Below are positions 11,201-20,703 of a DNA stretch of 64,000 bases, in pieces. The stretch is from assembly GCA_965223845.1 (NCBI GenBank), contig CBDCXR010000004.1, positions 416,001 to 480,000 on the forward strand. Reading direction: 5' to 3'. Each line of letters opens with the position of its first letter. Position 1 is the first letter of the stretch. Under the pieces are notes generated by a model. The model made no database searches and was not told where the DNA came from. It saw only the letters and a program-made list of their open reading frames with translations. Source of the DNA: Planctomycetota bacterium (GTDB lineage Bacteria > Planctomycetota > UBA8108 > SXIK01). The translations under genes were made by a program, and so were the position numbers.

Positions 11201-13410
11201 CCGACGTCCCAGAGCTTCAGAGTCGAGAGGCGGTCCGCGCTCGGGCTTACGGATGCGAGCGTTCGGCCGTCCGGAGAGAACGCGAGCGCCTCGATCGGAC
11301 CCGAGTAGCTGGCGACGGGCGCCTTGCGGGCGCCGGTGATTCCATCCCAAAGCGTGATTTGGCCGTCAGGGCTGCCGAGCGCCACGACTCTTCCGTCGCG
11401 GGTGAGCGCGAGCGACTGACACGCCGTTGTCGGCGCCTTCACGCGCACGCGTTCGCGGCGCTCGAGATCCCAGATGTAGACCTCCGTCGGAGAGCGCGCG
11501 GTCGCCCTTGTCGCCGTGCCCACTGCGGCGAGCTTCGTGCCGTCAGCGGAGAAGGCGGTCGCGACGATGCGAACGTCGTGCGGGAGCTCGTCGATATAGC
11601 TCCGCGTCGTCACGTCAAAGAGCATGATACGCGTGGGATCGTGTCGGATGTTCCTCCGCCCGTCTTTAGTTCTCACCGTCTTCGCGTGAAGATGTGCGAG
11701 GATGGTGCCGTCCGCCGAGAGAGACGACGTCGGACTCGAGAGCGACGCCGCCGTATCCGGCAAACGGAACAAGCTCCGGAGGTCGCCGGAGGAACATTCC
11801 CAGATGCCGATCACGCCGCTACCGACCCCGAAGAGCGCATCGCCCGTCGGAGAGAACGCGCTGTCCCCTCGGTTGCGAATACGCCTCTTTAGCGTGAGAA
11901 CTGAGCCATCGCGCAGATCGACGAGACTGGTCGAAGGTCCGATCATGGCCAGCGTCGCTCCGTCCGGCGAGAAGAGGACCCGGTGAGCGCCGCGAGCGGG
12001 CAGAAGACGATACGGCTGCGCTCGGTGACGGAGCGCACGCCACGCGAAGTCGCGCAGATCTTCCGGGCACTGTTCCGGGTCCTCGAGGAGCTCGAGGGCG
12101 AGATCGGGATCCTCGTCGACGACGGCGCGGACGTGCGAGAGCTGTGTGTCGTAGGCGCCGAGGCGGACGAGCTCTAGACGTTCTCGGGCGAGGTTCAGGC
12201 TCCTCCTCGAGTCGATGGCGAAGTGGTTCGAGACGATGGTGCCCGCGACGAGGGCAAGGACCACCGCCGCGCTGAGCGAGGCAACGACGGGCCTCCGTCG
12301 GCACCACCTCCAGGCGCGCCCAGCAATCGTGATCGGTCGGGCCGCGATCGGTTCGCCCCGGAGGAAGCGTTCGAGCTCGAGCGCCAGCTCACCCGCAGAG
12401 GCGTAGCGCCGCCGGGGCTCCTTCTCGAGGCATTTCAGACAAATCGTCTCGAGGTCGCGGGGAAGCCGTGGAACCAGGGTCCGCGGTGGCACCGGCTCCC
12501 CTTCGCGCACGAGCCGGAGTGTCTCGACGGACTCGTCCGCCTGAAACGGTGGACGACCGCTCAGCGCGTGGTAGAGGATCGCCCCGAGACCCCAGACGTC
12601 GGTCGTCGGCGCCACTTCGCGAGAGCGCCCCGACGCCTGTTCGGGCGCCATGTAGCTCGGGGTGCCGACGACGACGCCGCTCAGAGTCAGATCGCTGTCT
12701 CGATCGAGTTTCTTCGCGAGTCCGAAGTCCGTTACATGAGGCGCGCCCGCGGCGTCGAGAAGAATGTTTCCGGGTTTGAGATCACGGTGGAGCACGCCGC
12801 GCTCATGCGCGTGCTGGACGGCGCTCGCGACCATCGAAACGAGTCGCGCCGCGTCCCGTGGTGCGGGGATGTCGCGATGGAGGCGTCGCGCCAGGCTTTC
12901 CCCGTTCACGAGCTTCATCGAGAAGTACTGCTGCTCTTCGTGCTCGCCGACTTCGTAGATGGGGACGATGTGGGGGTGGTCGAGCGCTGCGGCGGCCTCC
13001 GCTTCGACTCGGAATCGTTCGAGGTCGCTCTTCCCCGCGAACCGGCCCGCGACCACCATCTTGAGCGCGACTTCACGATTCAGGCTCACCTGCCGCGCCC
13101 GGTAGACAACCCCCATCCCACCTCGGGCGATCTCCTGAACGAGCTCGTAGTCGCCGAAGTAGCGAACCGTCCCGAGTCTCGGCCCTGGCTGAAGCTCGCT
13201 GCGAAGCGGACTCGCCAGTTGCTCCATGCGCTCGCGGTTGACGAAGAACTCTTCGAGCTCGGATGCGTACTGCGAGTAGCGCGATAGGAGCTCATCCCGA
13301 TCCGGCGCTTCACCGTTTTCTTCCGCCCGGATGTACTTCGCGATTACGTCGTCGAGCGTCTCGCGGGACCCGGGCGTACCGAGGTCGTGTGTCGAGTCGC
13401 CGGAAACCAT
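8257..13410 (-). CDS. Hanks-type Ser/Thr kinase with TM helix, WD40 repeats, HEAT repeats and C-terminal PQQ-like beta-propeller
   Basis: RGGMGVVY, VALK, HRDLKPGN, DFG, GTPSYMAPEQ; TM segment after RRRP; many GH...AFSPDG...WD repeats; HEAT (ALGDRDATVRRYAA, ALADESPAVRRYA); DWPMWGGSPSRNN...ATHDKL...PEHGDG. Confidence 0.92.
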   Translation of the reverse strand: MVSGDSTHDLGTPGSRETLDDVIAKYIRAEENGEAPDRDELLSRYSQYASELEEFFVNRERMEQLASPLRSELQPGPRLGTVRYFGDYELVQEIARGGMGVVYRARQVSLNREVALKMVVAGRFAGKSDLERFRVEAEAAAALDHPHIVPIYEVGEHEEQQYFSMKLVNGESLARRLHRDIPAPRDAARLVSMVASAVQHAHERGVLHRDLKPGNILLDAAGAPHVTDFGLAKKLDRDSDLTLSGVVVGTPSYMAPEQASGRSREVAPTTDVWGLGAILYHALSGRPPFQADESVETLRLVREGEPVPPRTLVPRLPRDLETICLKCLEKEPRRRYASAGELALELERFLRGEPIAARPITIAGRAWRWCRRRPVVASLSAAVVLALVAGTIVSNHFAIDSRRSLNLARERLELVRLGAYDTQLSHVRAVVDEDPDLALELLEDPEQCPEDLRDFAWRALRHRAQPYRLLPARGAHRVLFSPDGATLAMIGPSTSLVDLRDGSVLTLKRRIRNRGDSAFSPTGDALFGVGSGVIGIWECSSGDLRSLFRLPDTAASLSSPTSSLSADGTILAHLHAKTVRTKDGRRNIRHDPTRIMLFDVTTRSYIDELPHDVRIVATAFSADGTKLAAVGTATRATARSPTEVYIWDLERRERVRVKAPTTACQSLALTRDGRVVALGSPDGQITLWDGITGARKAPVASYSGPIEALAFSPDGRTLASVSPSADRLSTLKLWDVGTGRLLEARPGHPGRATDLAFSPDGASVAVGGRSVTLWDVRRRVLVGHKGEVHAVAASADGAIFSAGIDRTVRIWDASSGAVRRQLDAHDAAVNALALSADGRALASADQSGTVNLWSLTEEGEPASLSSHEGAIWALAFSPDGETLASAGDDLVIRLHDPARRRQLAALRGHSLAVYTLAFSPSGFLLASAGLDHDVILWDLSKNRLAARLAGSTGRVWSLCFSPDGHTLVSTGSDGVVWFWDVESGAARTTFRGYGTWSWSAAFSADGKTLALGGDDGKIRLCSSSTGQLRADLKGHVAPVLALDFVASALVSASADGTIRVWDHHETEDLGAAAADLRHRPTMSQGGFADSAERPPSLTRVDLQAADAVTRLRDQLEGANDAATRQNALRDLLRIAARARGAAPAAAAALGDRDATVRRYAARFLGRVGSPVGDAAVRALLEALADESPAVRRYAEWALRQIGHEAVPILSRRVNEAEADVRAIVTNIVREIAALSSAAKTTLEPNSIGSMSSVGFRQRPGDWPMWGGSPSRNNVNQSDRTVPHDWDIATGRNIKWTADLGSQTFGNPVVAEGRIFISTNNGRERNPKIKGDRGVVMCFREADGEFLWQATHDKLAAGRVNDWPEQGVASTPVVEEGRLYYVSNRCELVCADVEGFRDGENNGMTDEKYEDSIDADLIWVLDMIGELGVFPHNLAISSPLVAGEMVYVIMGNGVGSDHVTVPSPTAPSFIAVNKRTGAVVWQRNDPGADILHGQWSSPAWGIAGGTPQVVFPGGDGWLYSCEPRTGELIWSFDCNPKNATWELGGRGTRNSLVAPPSFVDGRVYIAVGQDPEHGDGIGHLYSIDASGVGDVTETHVVWHVGGEDFGRSISTCAVHDGLVYAADLRGFLYCFDASTGKQHWVHDLLGPIWSSPSVIGDKVYIGDEDGEVVVVGTGKALNRLTESEDGIDMEDSVYSIPVAANGVLYITTRSKLYAIEAR

Positions 13411-13412
13411 GG

Positions 13413-13979
13413 CTAACGGCCTCCCGCGAGGATTTCACGCAGCTTCTTGAGTCCGCGATGGAGGAGACCGGCGACCGCCGATTCGCTTCGTCCCAGTTGG
13501 ACGGCAACCTCCGCCAACGACCACCCCCTTAAGTGGTGCAGCACGATGCTCTCCCGCTGACCTTCCGGCAGATCGGCGAGTGCTTTCGCGAGCTCGACGA
13601 GCTGCTCCTCCTTCGCAGCGTGCTGACTTGGCGTCGATTGGACGGCCTCGAACCAAGCTTCGATTCGCGAATACGAATCGTCGAGGAGCGTCTCCAGCGA
13701 GCGTTCCTTGGCCACGTCTCGCTTCGCACGGCCGAGCGCGCGAAACGCATCGAGGAGATTATTCTTCAGGATCTGCCGCAACCAGGCGGCGAGCTCCTCG
13801 TCGGTCGAGCCTCGAAACTGAGCGCGTCTCTCGTGCGCTTCAAGAAGCGTCTGCTGAACGACGTCGGAGGCGCTCAGCTTCGCCTGGTGACGCTCGTCGA
13901 GTTGCATCCTGGCGACGAGACCCAGGAATTCACGAAAGCGCTCGATGTCGTGTTCGTCGGCCGGTCCTGACCGTTCCAC
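13413..13979 (-). CDS. ECF sigma-70 factor (planctomycete kinase-associated type)
   Basis: GTG at 13979 with SD GAGGTG; KLSASDVVQQTLLEA, AWLRQIL, STPSQ, LP..QRE..VLHH...LHRGLKKL; ends 2 nt before the kinase start. Confidence 0.9.
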   Translation of the reverse strand: MERSGPADEHDIERFREFLGLVARMQLDERHQAKLSASDVVQQTLLEAHERRAQFRGSTDEELAAWLRQILKNNLLDAFRALGRAKRDVAKERSLETLLDDSYSRIEAWFEAVQSTPSQHAAKEEQLVELAKALADLPEGQRESIVLHHLRGWSLAEVAVQLGRSESAVAGLLHRGLKKLREILAGGR

Positions 13980-14122
13980 CAAATCACCTCGCTGGGGCTT
14001 CCCGCGCGGAGATCGAAAGGTGACCCCGATTGTTTCTAGCATCGTGCATTCTGCCAGATGAGCGGATTGCTTCGACTGAATTGCGGAGAGTCCTGCGATT
14101 CACCGCGATCCCGAGGGACTTC

Positions 14123-14746
14123 TCACGTCTCCGTTTGTCTCTGAAAGATCTCGCATTGAGAGGAATCGCTTAGAGCTTCGACAACGAGATCTCTGATTTG
14201 TCTCCCGGTCCGCTTGTCGATGATTGTCTGCTCTTGCATCTCCGCGAGCACGGCCTTCGACGGTGTTCCTTCCCAGAGCACCCGGCCGTTCCTACCGATC
14301 AGGAAAGCGGCCGGCCAACTGCGGATGCCGTAACGGCGGTGATTGCGGTCGCCTTCGTCCCAGAGAACGAGGTGTTTTGCTTCCTGTGCCTCGACGCTCC
14401 GTTTCACCGTGTCGAGTTCCTCGTACCTCCCACCGCCGATCTCGATGATCACTAGCCCGTCGCCTTCGAAGTCGTCTTGCCACTTCGCCAAATGGCGCCT
14501 GAGCGGCGTGCAGTTCTCGGAAAAGTTGAACTGCAGCCAGACGACTTTCCCTTCGAGCTGCTTGAGTGTCACGACGCCATCGGCGTTCACCCAGTGTGAC
14601 CGTAAGGAGATCAACTCCGGAGGGGCGCGATCTTTGAACGACTTGAAATCACGGCTCTTGGGCGGGTGAAGGTCCGTTCGCAAGCCATCCTTGACGCAAC
14701 CGGCCAGTAGTATCGCGAATCCGAACAGAATACTGGTGTAGCGCAT
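14123..14746 (-). CDS. Thioredoxin-fold (TlpA/redoxin-like) lipoprotein with monothiol CxxL site
   Basis: Lipobox LAGC; APPEL...WVN...LKQLEGKVVWLQF; CTPL; YGIRSWPAAFLIGRNG. Confidence 0.75.
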   Translation of the reverse strand: MRYTSILFGFAILLAGCVKDGLRTDLHPPKSRDFKSFKDRAPPELISLRSHWVNADGVVTLKQLEGKVVWLQFNFSENCTPLRRHLAKWQDDFEGDGLVIIEIGGGRYEELDTVKRSVEAQEAKHLVLWDEGDRNHRRYGIRSWPAAFLIGRNGRVLWEGTPSKAVLAEMQEQTIIDKRTGRQIRDLVVEALSDSSQCEIFQRQTET

Positions 14747-15011
14747 CGCTGCCTCCGTGCCTGGTTGGGCGCCTCTCCCCTAAATGAATAGGCGTCGGCC
14801 GAGGCGAAACTTTGCGCGAGTTTCCGCGCGAACTGGAGAGTGCCCCAACTTCAGGCGTCGGAAGAGATTGAGAGTGGGGCGATCGTGGGCAGCGGTTGGA
14901 TTTGCCGTGAGTTCAGGCACGAGGGCTTCCGGACCACCCCGAGTCCGAGCTCGAAGTCGGCGCTTCGGTCGTTAGCGTCAGTCCGCGCCGGAGCCTGCAC
15001 GTGCGGCGGAC

Positions 15012-16394
15012 TCAGGCCGGATCGATGTTGTGGTTCTGCCGGAAGAAGTTCGTCGGGTCGTACTTTCGCTTGAGGGCGAGCAGGCGATCGTAGCTCGCTC
15101 CGAACGATGCCCGGATGTGCTCGGTGTCGTCCCCGTCGAGAAAGTTGAGTAGATAAGCCCCTGACGCGTGTGGCATCAGCGCTTGGTAAAACTCGCGAGT
15201 CCAGGCGATGTTCTTTTCGTTGTCGGCGGGATCCGGCCACTGCGCCAAGATGCCGATGTCGTAGTCCGAGTTGCGATGGCTGAACGCGGTCGCATCCACC
15301 GGGACCCGGGCCATCGCGCCGCCGTAGAGCTCGATGATCACTGCCGTGTGCTTCGACGGCGCCCGGTTGGCGTGCTCGACGAGCACGTTGATCGCCGAGT
15401 CACTGAGATCTTTTACGTACGTCGACTTCCAGTAGTTTTGATTCCCATCCGGAAACGCCGAGTCGAAGATCGCTTGCATCTTCGGAAAGGGGATCGATTC
15501 GACGGCGTCCAAGAGTGGTGGGCCAAACTCGCGGAGAGGCCTCAGGTGTTCCAGGCCCTCGGCGAGATCGCCGCTCCAACAAGGCACGAGGGCCGCGATC
15601 GGATCGCCATCCGGCGAATGCAGAAGGCCGGCATAGGCTGTGAGCTCGTCCGGCGCGTCCGCCATGAACTCCCGATAGAACCGCAGCATTTCGGTCGCAC
15701 GGTCGCGTGGATGGATGAGAAGCCCGCCGAGCACGGTGCTGAGCGAGTGCGCGCGGTAGGTGAACTGCACGACAATCCCGAAGTTGCCGCCTCCGCCGCG
15801 CAGACCCCAGAAGAGGTCCTCGTTTTGTTCTGCGCTCGCGGTAACCAGGTCTCCGCCCGCGGTGACGATTTCGAACGCGAGTACGTTGTCGATCGTGAGG
15901 CCGTGCTTTCGCACGAGCCAACCGACGCCGCCGCCGAGCGTCAAGCCGGCGATGCCGGTCTTCGTAAACACGCCGGCCGGCACGACGAGGCCGTGCGCAT
16001 GGGTCGCCGCGTCGAGGTCCCTTAACGTGCAACCGGGCTGCGCTCGCACCGCGCGCGTGTCGGGTTCCACGCGGATTTCGCGCATCCGAGAGAGATCGAC
16101 GACGAGCCCGTCGTCGCAGAGCGCCCGGCCGCCGACGTTGTGGCCACCGCCTCGAACAGCGAGGAGGATGTCGTTCGCGCGGGCAAAGTTCACCGCCTCG
16201 ACGACGTCCCGGGCGGCACTGCACTGGACGATCAGGCCGGGATACTTGTCTACGCTGGCGTTCCAGATCGAGCGCGCGTCGTCGTATTCCGGATCTCCCG
16301 GGGCGACCGTGGTGCCGTCGAGGCTGCGCTCGAACTCGGCGATCTTCGCGGCCGCGATCACAGTGCCTTGTGTGCTGACCAAAGCTCGATTCAC
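15012..16394 (-). CDS. FAD-linked oxidoreductase (BBE/6-hydroxy-D-nicotine oxidase-like)
   Basis: GTG at 16394 with SD GGGAG; AVRGGGHN (covalent-FAD His), GLTLGGG, RGGGGNFG, C-terminal BBE motif YLNF...KRKYDPTNFF. Confidence 0.9.
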   Translation of the reverse strand: MNRALVSTQGTVIAAAKIAEFERSLDGTTVAPGDPEYDDARSIWNASVDKYPGLIVQCSAARDVVEAVNFARANDILLAVRGGGHNVGGRALCDDGLVVDLSRMREIRVEPDTRAVRAQPGCTLRDLDAATHAHGLVVPAGVFTKTGIAGLTLGGGVGWLVRKHGLTIDNVLAFEIVTAGGDLVTASAEQNEDLFWGLRGGGGNFGIVVQFTYRAHSLSTVLGGLLIHPRDRATEMLRFYREFMADAPDELTAYAGLLHSPDGDPIAALVPCWSGDLAEGLEHLRPLREFGPPLLDAVESIPFPKMQAIFDSAFPDGNQNYWKSTYVKDLSDSAINVLVEHANRAPSKHTAVIIELYGGAMARVPVDATAFSHRNSDYDIGILAQWPDPADNEKNIAWTREFYQALMPHASGAYLLNFLDGDDTEHIRASFGASYDRLLALKRKYDPTNFFRQNHNIDPA

Positions 16395-16517
16395 TTCAGT
16401 CTCCCTTCGTGTGTCCTCCCTCACACAGGCACCGTTGCGTTCGTGGCATCTTAGCGCATGAACCGGGCCTCGTTCGATGTCAGTCAGATCGGTGAGCTGC
16501 GCGGTGACCACGCAGCG

Positions 16518-19500
16518 TCAGTCGTTGCCGTCTTCTACGACCAGGTACCGCTCGAGCCAGTCGAACACGTTCTGTTCGATCTGGTCGATATACAAATTGA
16601 GAAGGCCGTGGCCCGCCCCCCGCAAGACGACGAGTTTTTTGTTTTCGGCCACCGTCCCCGCGAGATCGATGAGCGGCTTCTGGGACTCTTCGACCGGGTA
16701 GTAATGGTCGAGCTCGCAACCGATGAGGATCACCGGCGCCGTCACGCGCGAAATGAAGTGAACTTCGTCGGCGGAGCGCGTCGCTTCCCACTTCGGCAGT
16801 CCTCCCATGAGCAAAACACCGGCGCGGAACCGATCCTCCAGAGCGAGAAAGATCGGGCCGCACATCGCTCCCCAGCTGAGACCGTAGTACGCGATGCGGT
16901 CGGCGGCGATGTCTTGGCGCGTGATCAGGTAATCGATCGAGCGGCCGAGATCCTGGCGCAGTCTCACAACCCAGTCCCGGTAGACGACCGTGTTACGCGC
17001 CGGCTCCGGACCCTCGAAGCGCCTCTCATACGTCCCGTCGTAGATCGGATACGCGACCGCGTAGCCCCTATCGACGAGGAACGTCGTCAAGTACGCCTCG
17101 CCCGAGTCGGAGTGTTTCTTCTGCCACTGCGCTGCCTTCCCAGGAAAGTAGATCACCGCCGGATACGGCGGTGTGCCGTGCTTCGGCAACCGAAGAACGG
17201 CAGCCATCCGCTCACCGCGATAGGCCGCGTTGAAGGACACCCGCTCTTCGCGCCACGTCGTCGCGCTCGCATCGACGCTCTCCACGCGCGGTTCGAGCGG
17301 AGCGCCCCGATCGTACGAGTAGAGGGCCGTCTTGTAGACGCGAAACTCCTCGTCGGAGATTGTTCCGACTTTGCGAAAATCTCGACCGAAGGGGTTGCGT
17401 CGGTACGGCGCGAACAGCGACGCCTTCTGTCGCAATCGGCCACCGGGATAGGACACACAGCGTAACCCGTTCTTGGGTGAGCGGTCCCACGCAGAGGCCG
17501 AGATATCATCGGTGAACATGTACGACGCGTCTCCCCACGCGGCGCCCAGGAGAAAGTGACGCTCGCCCGCATCTGCGTCGGCGCTCGAGCACCATTCCCG
17601 TACGTTCCCGGCCATATCGTAGATCCCGGTGCTTCCTACACCCGCGTGGGTCATGACCGGTGCCGCGCCATCGCGTGAGAAGTTGCTGTAGGGCACGATC
17701 GAGGCCGACTCCGTCGGGCACGACGCGTCGCGCCAGTGGTGAATCGTCGGGAGCTCCTTGTCGCGAAATGCGGCGTAGGCGGTCGCCTCGTACCAGCTGA
17801 CGCCCGAGACCGGGTGGAGAGCCTCGCCCGGCGGAAAGCGGCCGTCCGACCAGGTCGCTGGGCCCGGCCTTCCCGTCCGGTCGACGAAGAGTTGCATCGC
17901 CTCTTCCCACGCCAAAGTCCTGCCGTCCTTTTGGTACATCGTCTCCCAGAGCTCCGGCCGCGCGTAGCCGCCCTCATCGACGAAGGCTTGATAGGCCTCG
18001 TTGGTCACCTCGCTCCGGTCGATCCAGTACTCGCCGAGCTCGATTTTCTCGCCGGCAACGTACACCGCTCCCCCGTCCACCGCGACCATCCCGGGTGTGA
18101 TCGCGCCGACTCGAGTGAGGTGAAAGTGCGCGGTCGTTCGCTCGGGTGCGCTGTCGATGGGTTGCGGCTTGAGCCCGGACGGCAGCCCGGTCGGGCCACG
18201 CACGACCGTCTCGTAGCCTTCCTTCTCGATGCGCCATCGGTAGACACCTCGTGGGAAGCGAACGTCTTCGAGCGGAGTCGTTCCCACCTCGAACCAGGCA
18301 TCCTCGGGGCGGGCAACGGCTTGAATCGAGATCGCGGCGCCGACCGGTTCGGAGAAGATCGAGACGATGAGTGCCGCGCGCGGCCAGAGATCCCTCAGGT
18401 TCGGATCGTCCGGCAGCGTCTCCTCGAGCTTGCGCGCGCTGACGTAAGCCTCTAGGTAGCGCTCTGAATCGATGAGTCGCCGGATCGTGGGGATCGCTTC
18501 GCCGCGGACCCTCTCGATCCGTTGGTGCTCGCGGCGGTCGGCGATTCCCTTCCACCCGAGGACACTGGCGAGCAGGACGGCGAACGCGAGCCCCACTCCG
18601 AGGAGCACAGGCATTCGGTGCCGCCGAATCTTGCGCGTGAGTCCGATCCACCTCGAGGGTGGCCGCGCGTGGATCGGCTCGAATCGAGTCAGGCGACGCA
18701 GGTCGTCGGCCAGGTCGGCCGCGCTCTGGTAGCGTCGCTCGGGCTCCTTCTCGAGTGCGTGACTCACGATGATCGCGAGATCATGATTGATCCACTTGTT
18801 GAGCTTCCTCGGAGAGGGGGGATCCCGAAAGAGAATGGCTTCCGTCAGCTCGTGCTCGTTCGCTCCTTCGAAGGGACGTCGCAGCGTCAGCGCCTCGAAG
18901 AGCGTGACACCAAAGCTGTAGATGTCACTCCGTTCGTCGACCCCACGCCGCGCGATCTGCTCGGGTGCCATGTACGGCAGCGTCCCGAGAAGCGTGCCCG
19001 ATCGCGTCAAGGTCGAGCTCTCCTCGTCCTGCACGAGACCGAAGTCGACGAGGACGAACCGCTTCTCGCCGTCCACGATGACGTTTGACGGTTTGATGTC
19101 GCGGTGGATCAATTTCGCGGCGTGGACGGCGGCAAGACCGTCCGCGAGATCCGCCATGCGCTCTACGATCTCCGCGACGGAAGACCCCTCGAGGAGAGGG
19201 CGGACGCTGGAATCGTCGGTGCGCCTCCGTTTTCGAGCTTCAGCGATGGCCATCGCGAGCGACGGCCCCTCGACGAACTCCATGGCATAGTAGTGAGTGC
19301 CGTCTCTCTCCCCGACGTCGTGGATCGGGACGACATTCGGGTGCCGAACGCGTGCGGTTGCGCTCGCTTCACGCCGGAAGCGCTCGATCGCTCGAGTCGT
19401 AAGGAGTGTGCCCCCGACGAGGACCTTGAGCGCGACGAGACGATTCAGCTTGCGCTGTCGAGCGCGGTAGACGACACCCATGCCTCCACGTCCCACTTCT

Positions 19501-19850
19501 TCGAGAATCTCGTAGTCGCCGATCGAGGAGAGCGAAGAACCGCTTTCCGATACCGGTGTGGAGATCGTTCCGGCGCTCGGCGGGCCGTCGGGCGGCGGAG
19601 ATAAGTCCTCCAGGATCCGCAGCACGTCCTCGATTCCTTCCTCGGGGATGCTGCTCGTGCCACCGGCGGGAAGAACGAGGAAGGCGTCCGCGCGCGACGA
19701 CGCTGCGAGCAGACGTTCGGCGTCGAGGCGCACGCCTTCGCCGACCTCGGCGTCGGCGAGGAATCGTCCCCGCCGCTCCGGTGGTAAGTCGAGTGCAGCC
19801 TCGAACAGCCGCATGGCTCGGCGGCTACGATCCAGCCTCGGATCCGTCAT
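16518..19850 (-). CDS. Ser/Thr kinase - TM - FGE-sulfatase(SUMF1)-like domain - alpha/beta hydrolase
   Basis: GRGGMGVVY, HRDIKPSN, DFG, GTLPYMAPEQ; TM segment; EVTNEAY, HPVSGVSWYEA, DMAGNVREW; GLSWG nucleophile elbow with D and GHG; start set at MTDPR. Confidence 0.9.
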   Translation of the reverse strand: MTDPRLDRSRRAMRLFEAALDLPPERRGRFLADAEVGEGVRLDAERLLAASSRADAFLVLPAGGTSSIPEEGIEDVLRILEDLSPPPDGPPSAGTISTPVSESGSSLSSIGDYEILEEVGRGGMGVVYRARQRKLNRLVALKVLVGGTLLTTRAIERFRREASATARVRHPNVVPIHDVGERDGTHYYAMEFVEGPSLAMAIAEARKRRRTDDSSVRPLLEGSSVAEIVERMADLADGLAAVHAAKLIHRDIKPSNVIVDGEKRFVLVDFGLVQDEESSTLTRSGTLLGTLPYMAPEQIARRGVDERSDIYSFGVTLFEALTLRRPFEGANEHELTEAILFRDPPSPRKLNKWINHDLAIIVSHALEKEPERRYQSAADLADDLRRLTRFEPIHARPPSRWIGLTRKIRRHRMPVLLGVGLAFAVLLASVLGWKGIADRREHQRIERVRGEAIPTIRRLIDSERYLEAYVSARKLEETLPDDPNLRDLWPRAALIVSIFSEPVGAAISIQAVARPEDAWFEVGTTPLEDVRFPRGVYRWRIEKEGYETVVRGPTGLPSGLKPQPIDSAPERTTAHFHLTRVGAITPGMVAVDGGAVYVAGEKIELGEYWIDRSEVTNEAYQAFVDEGGYARPELWETMYQKDGRTLAWEEAMQLFVDRTGRPGPATWSDGRFPPGEALHPVSGVSWYEATAYAAFRDKELPTIHHWRDASCPTESASIVPYSNFSRDGAAPVMTHAGVGSTGIYDMAGNVREWCSSADADAGERHFLLGAAWGDASYMFTDDISASAWDRSPKNGLRCVSYPGGRLRQKASLFAPYRRNPFGRDFRKVGTISDEEFRVYKTALYSYDRGAPLEPRVESVDASATTWREERVSFNAAYRGERMAAVLRLPKHGTPPYPAVIYFPGKAAQWQKKHSDSGEAYLTTFLVDRGYAVAYPIYDGTYERRFEGPEPARNTVVYRDWVVRLRQDLGRSIDYLITRQDIAADRIAYYGLSWGAMCGPIFLALEDRFRAGVLLMGGLPKWEATRSADEVHFISRVTAPVILIGCELDHYYPVEESQKPLIDLAGTVAENKKLVVLRGAGHGLLNLYIDQIEQNVFDWLERYLVVEDGND

Positions 19851-20424
19851 CGCGACTCTCGCTTGCGGTGAGATCGTCAAAGAGCCAGGCGCGCGCGGCC
19901 TGCCAGTCGCGCTTGACCGTGGCGACCGAGGTCTCGAGGATTTCGGCGACCTCCTCGACTCCGAGACCGGCGAAGAAGCGTAGCTCGACGACCCGGCTCT
20001 TGCGTTCGTCGATCTTCGCGAGACGGCGTAGCGCTCCGTCGAGTGCTACGAGCCGCTCGTCGGGCTCGGGACTGATTACGAGGGTATCCGTGAGCGGCAC
20101 TTGCTTGCGACCACCGCCGCGCTTCCGGCTGCCGCGACGTCGTGCGTGGTCAACCAAGATGTGGCGCAATGCCTGCGCGATGAAGGCGAGGAGCTGAGAA
20201 CGGTTTCGTCCCGGAAGGACCGTACCCTGAAGAATTCGCACGTACGCCTCGTGGACGAGAGCGGTCGTCTCGAGCGTGTGACCGGGCCGCTCACCTCGTA
20301 GGTAATTGCGGGCCAGCTCGCGCAGTCGGCTGTAGATGGACTCGAGAAGCTCGTCGCGCGCGTCGCGGTCGCCGTCGTTCGCCCGCTCGAGAAGCGCCGA
20401 CAGGTGAGGATCCTGCGCGGTCAA
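19825..20424 (-). CDS. ECF sigma factor of the kinase-associated 'HTLxxTALVHEAY' type
   Basis: TTG start with GGAG SD; GHTLETTALVHEAY, RHILVDHARRR, VELRFFAGL, TVKRDW; overlaps the kinase start. Confidence 0.92.
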   Translation of the reverse strand: MTAQDPHLSALLERANDGDRDARDELLESIYSRLRELARNYLRGERPGHTLETTALVHEAYVRILQGTVLPGRNRSQLLAFIAQALRHILVDHARRRGSRKRGGGRKQVPLTDTLVISPEPDERLVALDGALRRLAKIDERKSRVVELRFFAGLGVEEVAEILETSVATVKRDWQAARAWLFDDLTASESRDDGSEAGS

Positions 20425-20640
20425 GTGATGCGCTCCAATCCTTCGGTCGAATACGAATGCGAAGCGGATTCGCGGGATCCTTCGATTTTATGTGTTTCGA
20501 AAGAGCGCTGCCATCGCGGTTCGAACTCGAGATCGTGTTCCAAAGGAGTCCACCTTTCTCGTCGCTCGCGTTAGATCGAACTAGCGGAGAACACGCTGCG
20601 CGGCATCACCAACCGAGTGGTCGAGCAGCTCGTGAGCGCG

Positions 20641-20675
20641 GGCGACCCGGACCGTTCCCCGCGGTCCGGGTCGCC
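20641..20675 (-). terminator. 14-bp perfect stem-loop downstream of the dockerin gene (terminator or 3' stabiliser; no U-tract)
   Basis: GGCGACCCGGACCG-TTCCCCG-CGGTCCGGGTCGCC, about 30 nt after the stop at 20704. Confidence 0.6.
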
Positions 20676-20703
20676 TCTCGGCCGGCGCAGTCGCTACCGA
20701 GAT

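Noticed and set aside
15012-16394. FAD oxidase as the DprE1 partner of UbiA
   Set aside because: Has the BBE-type RGGGH and C-terminal motifs, is on the opposite strand and lies 6 kb away.
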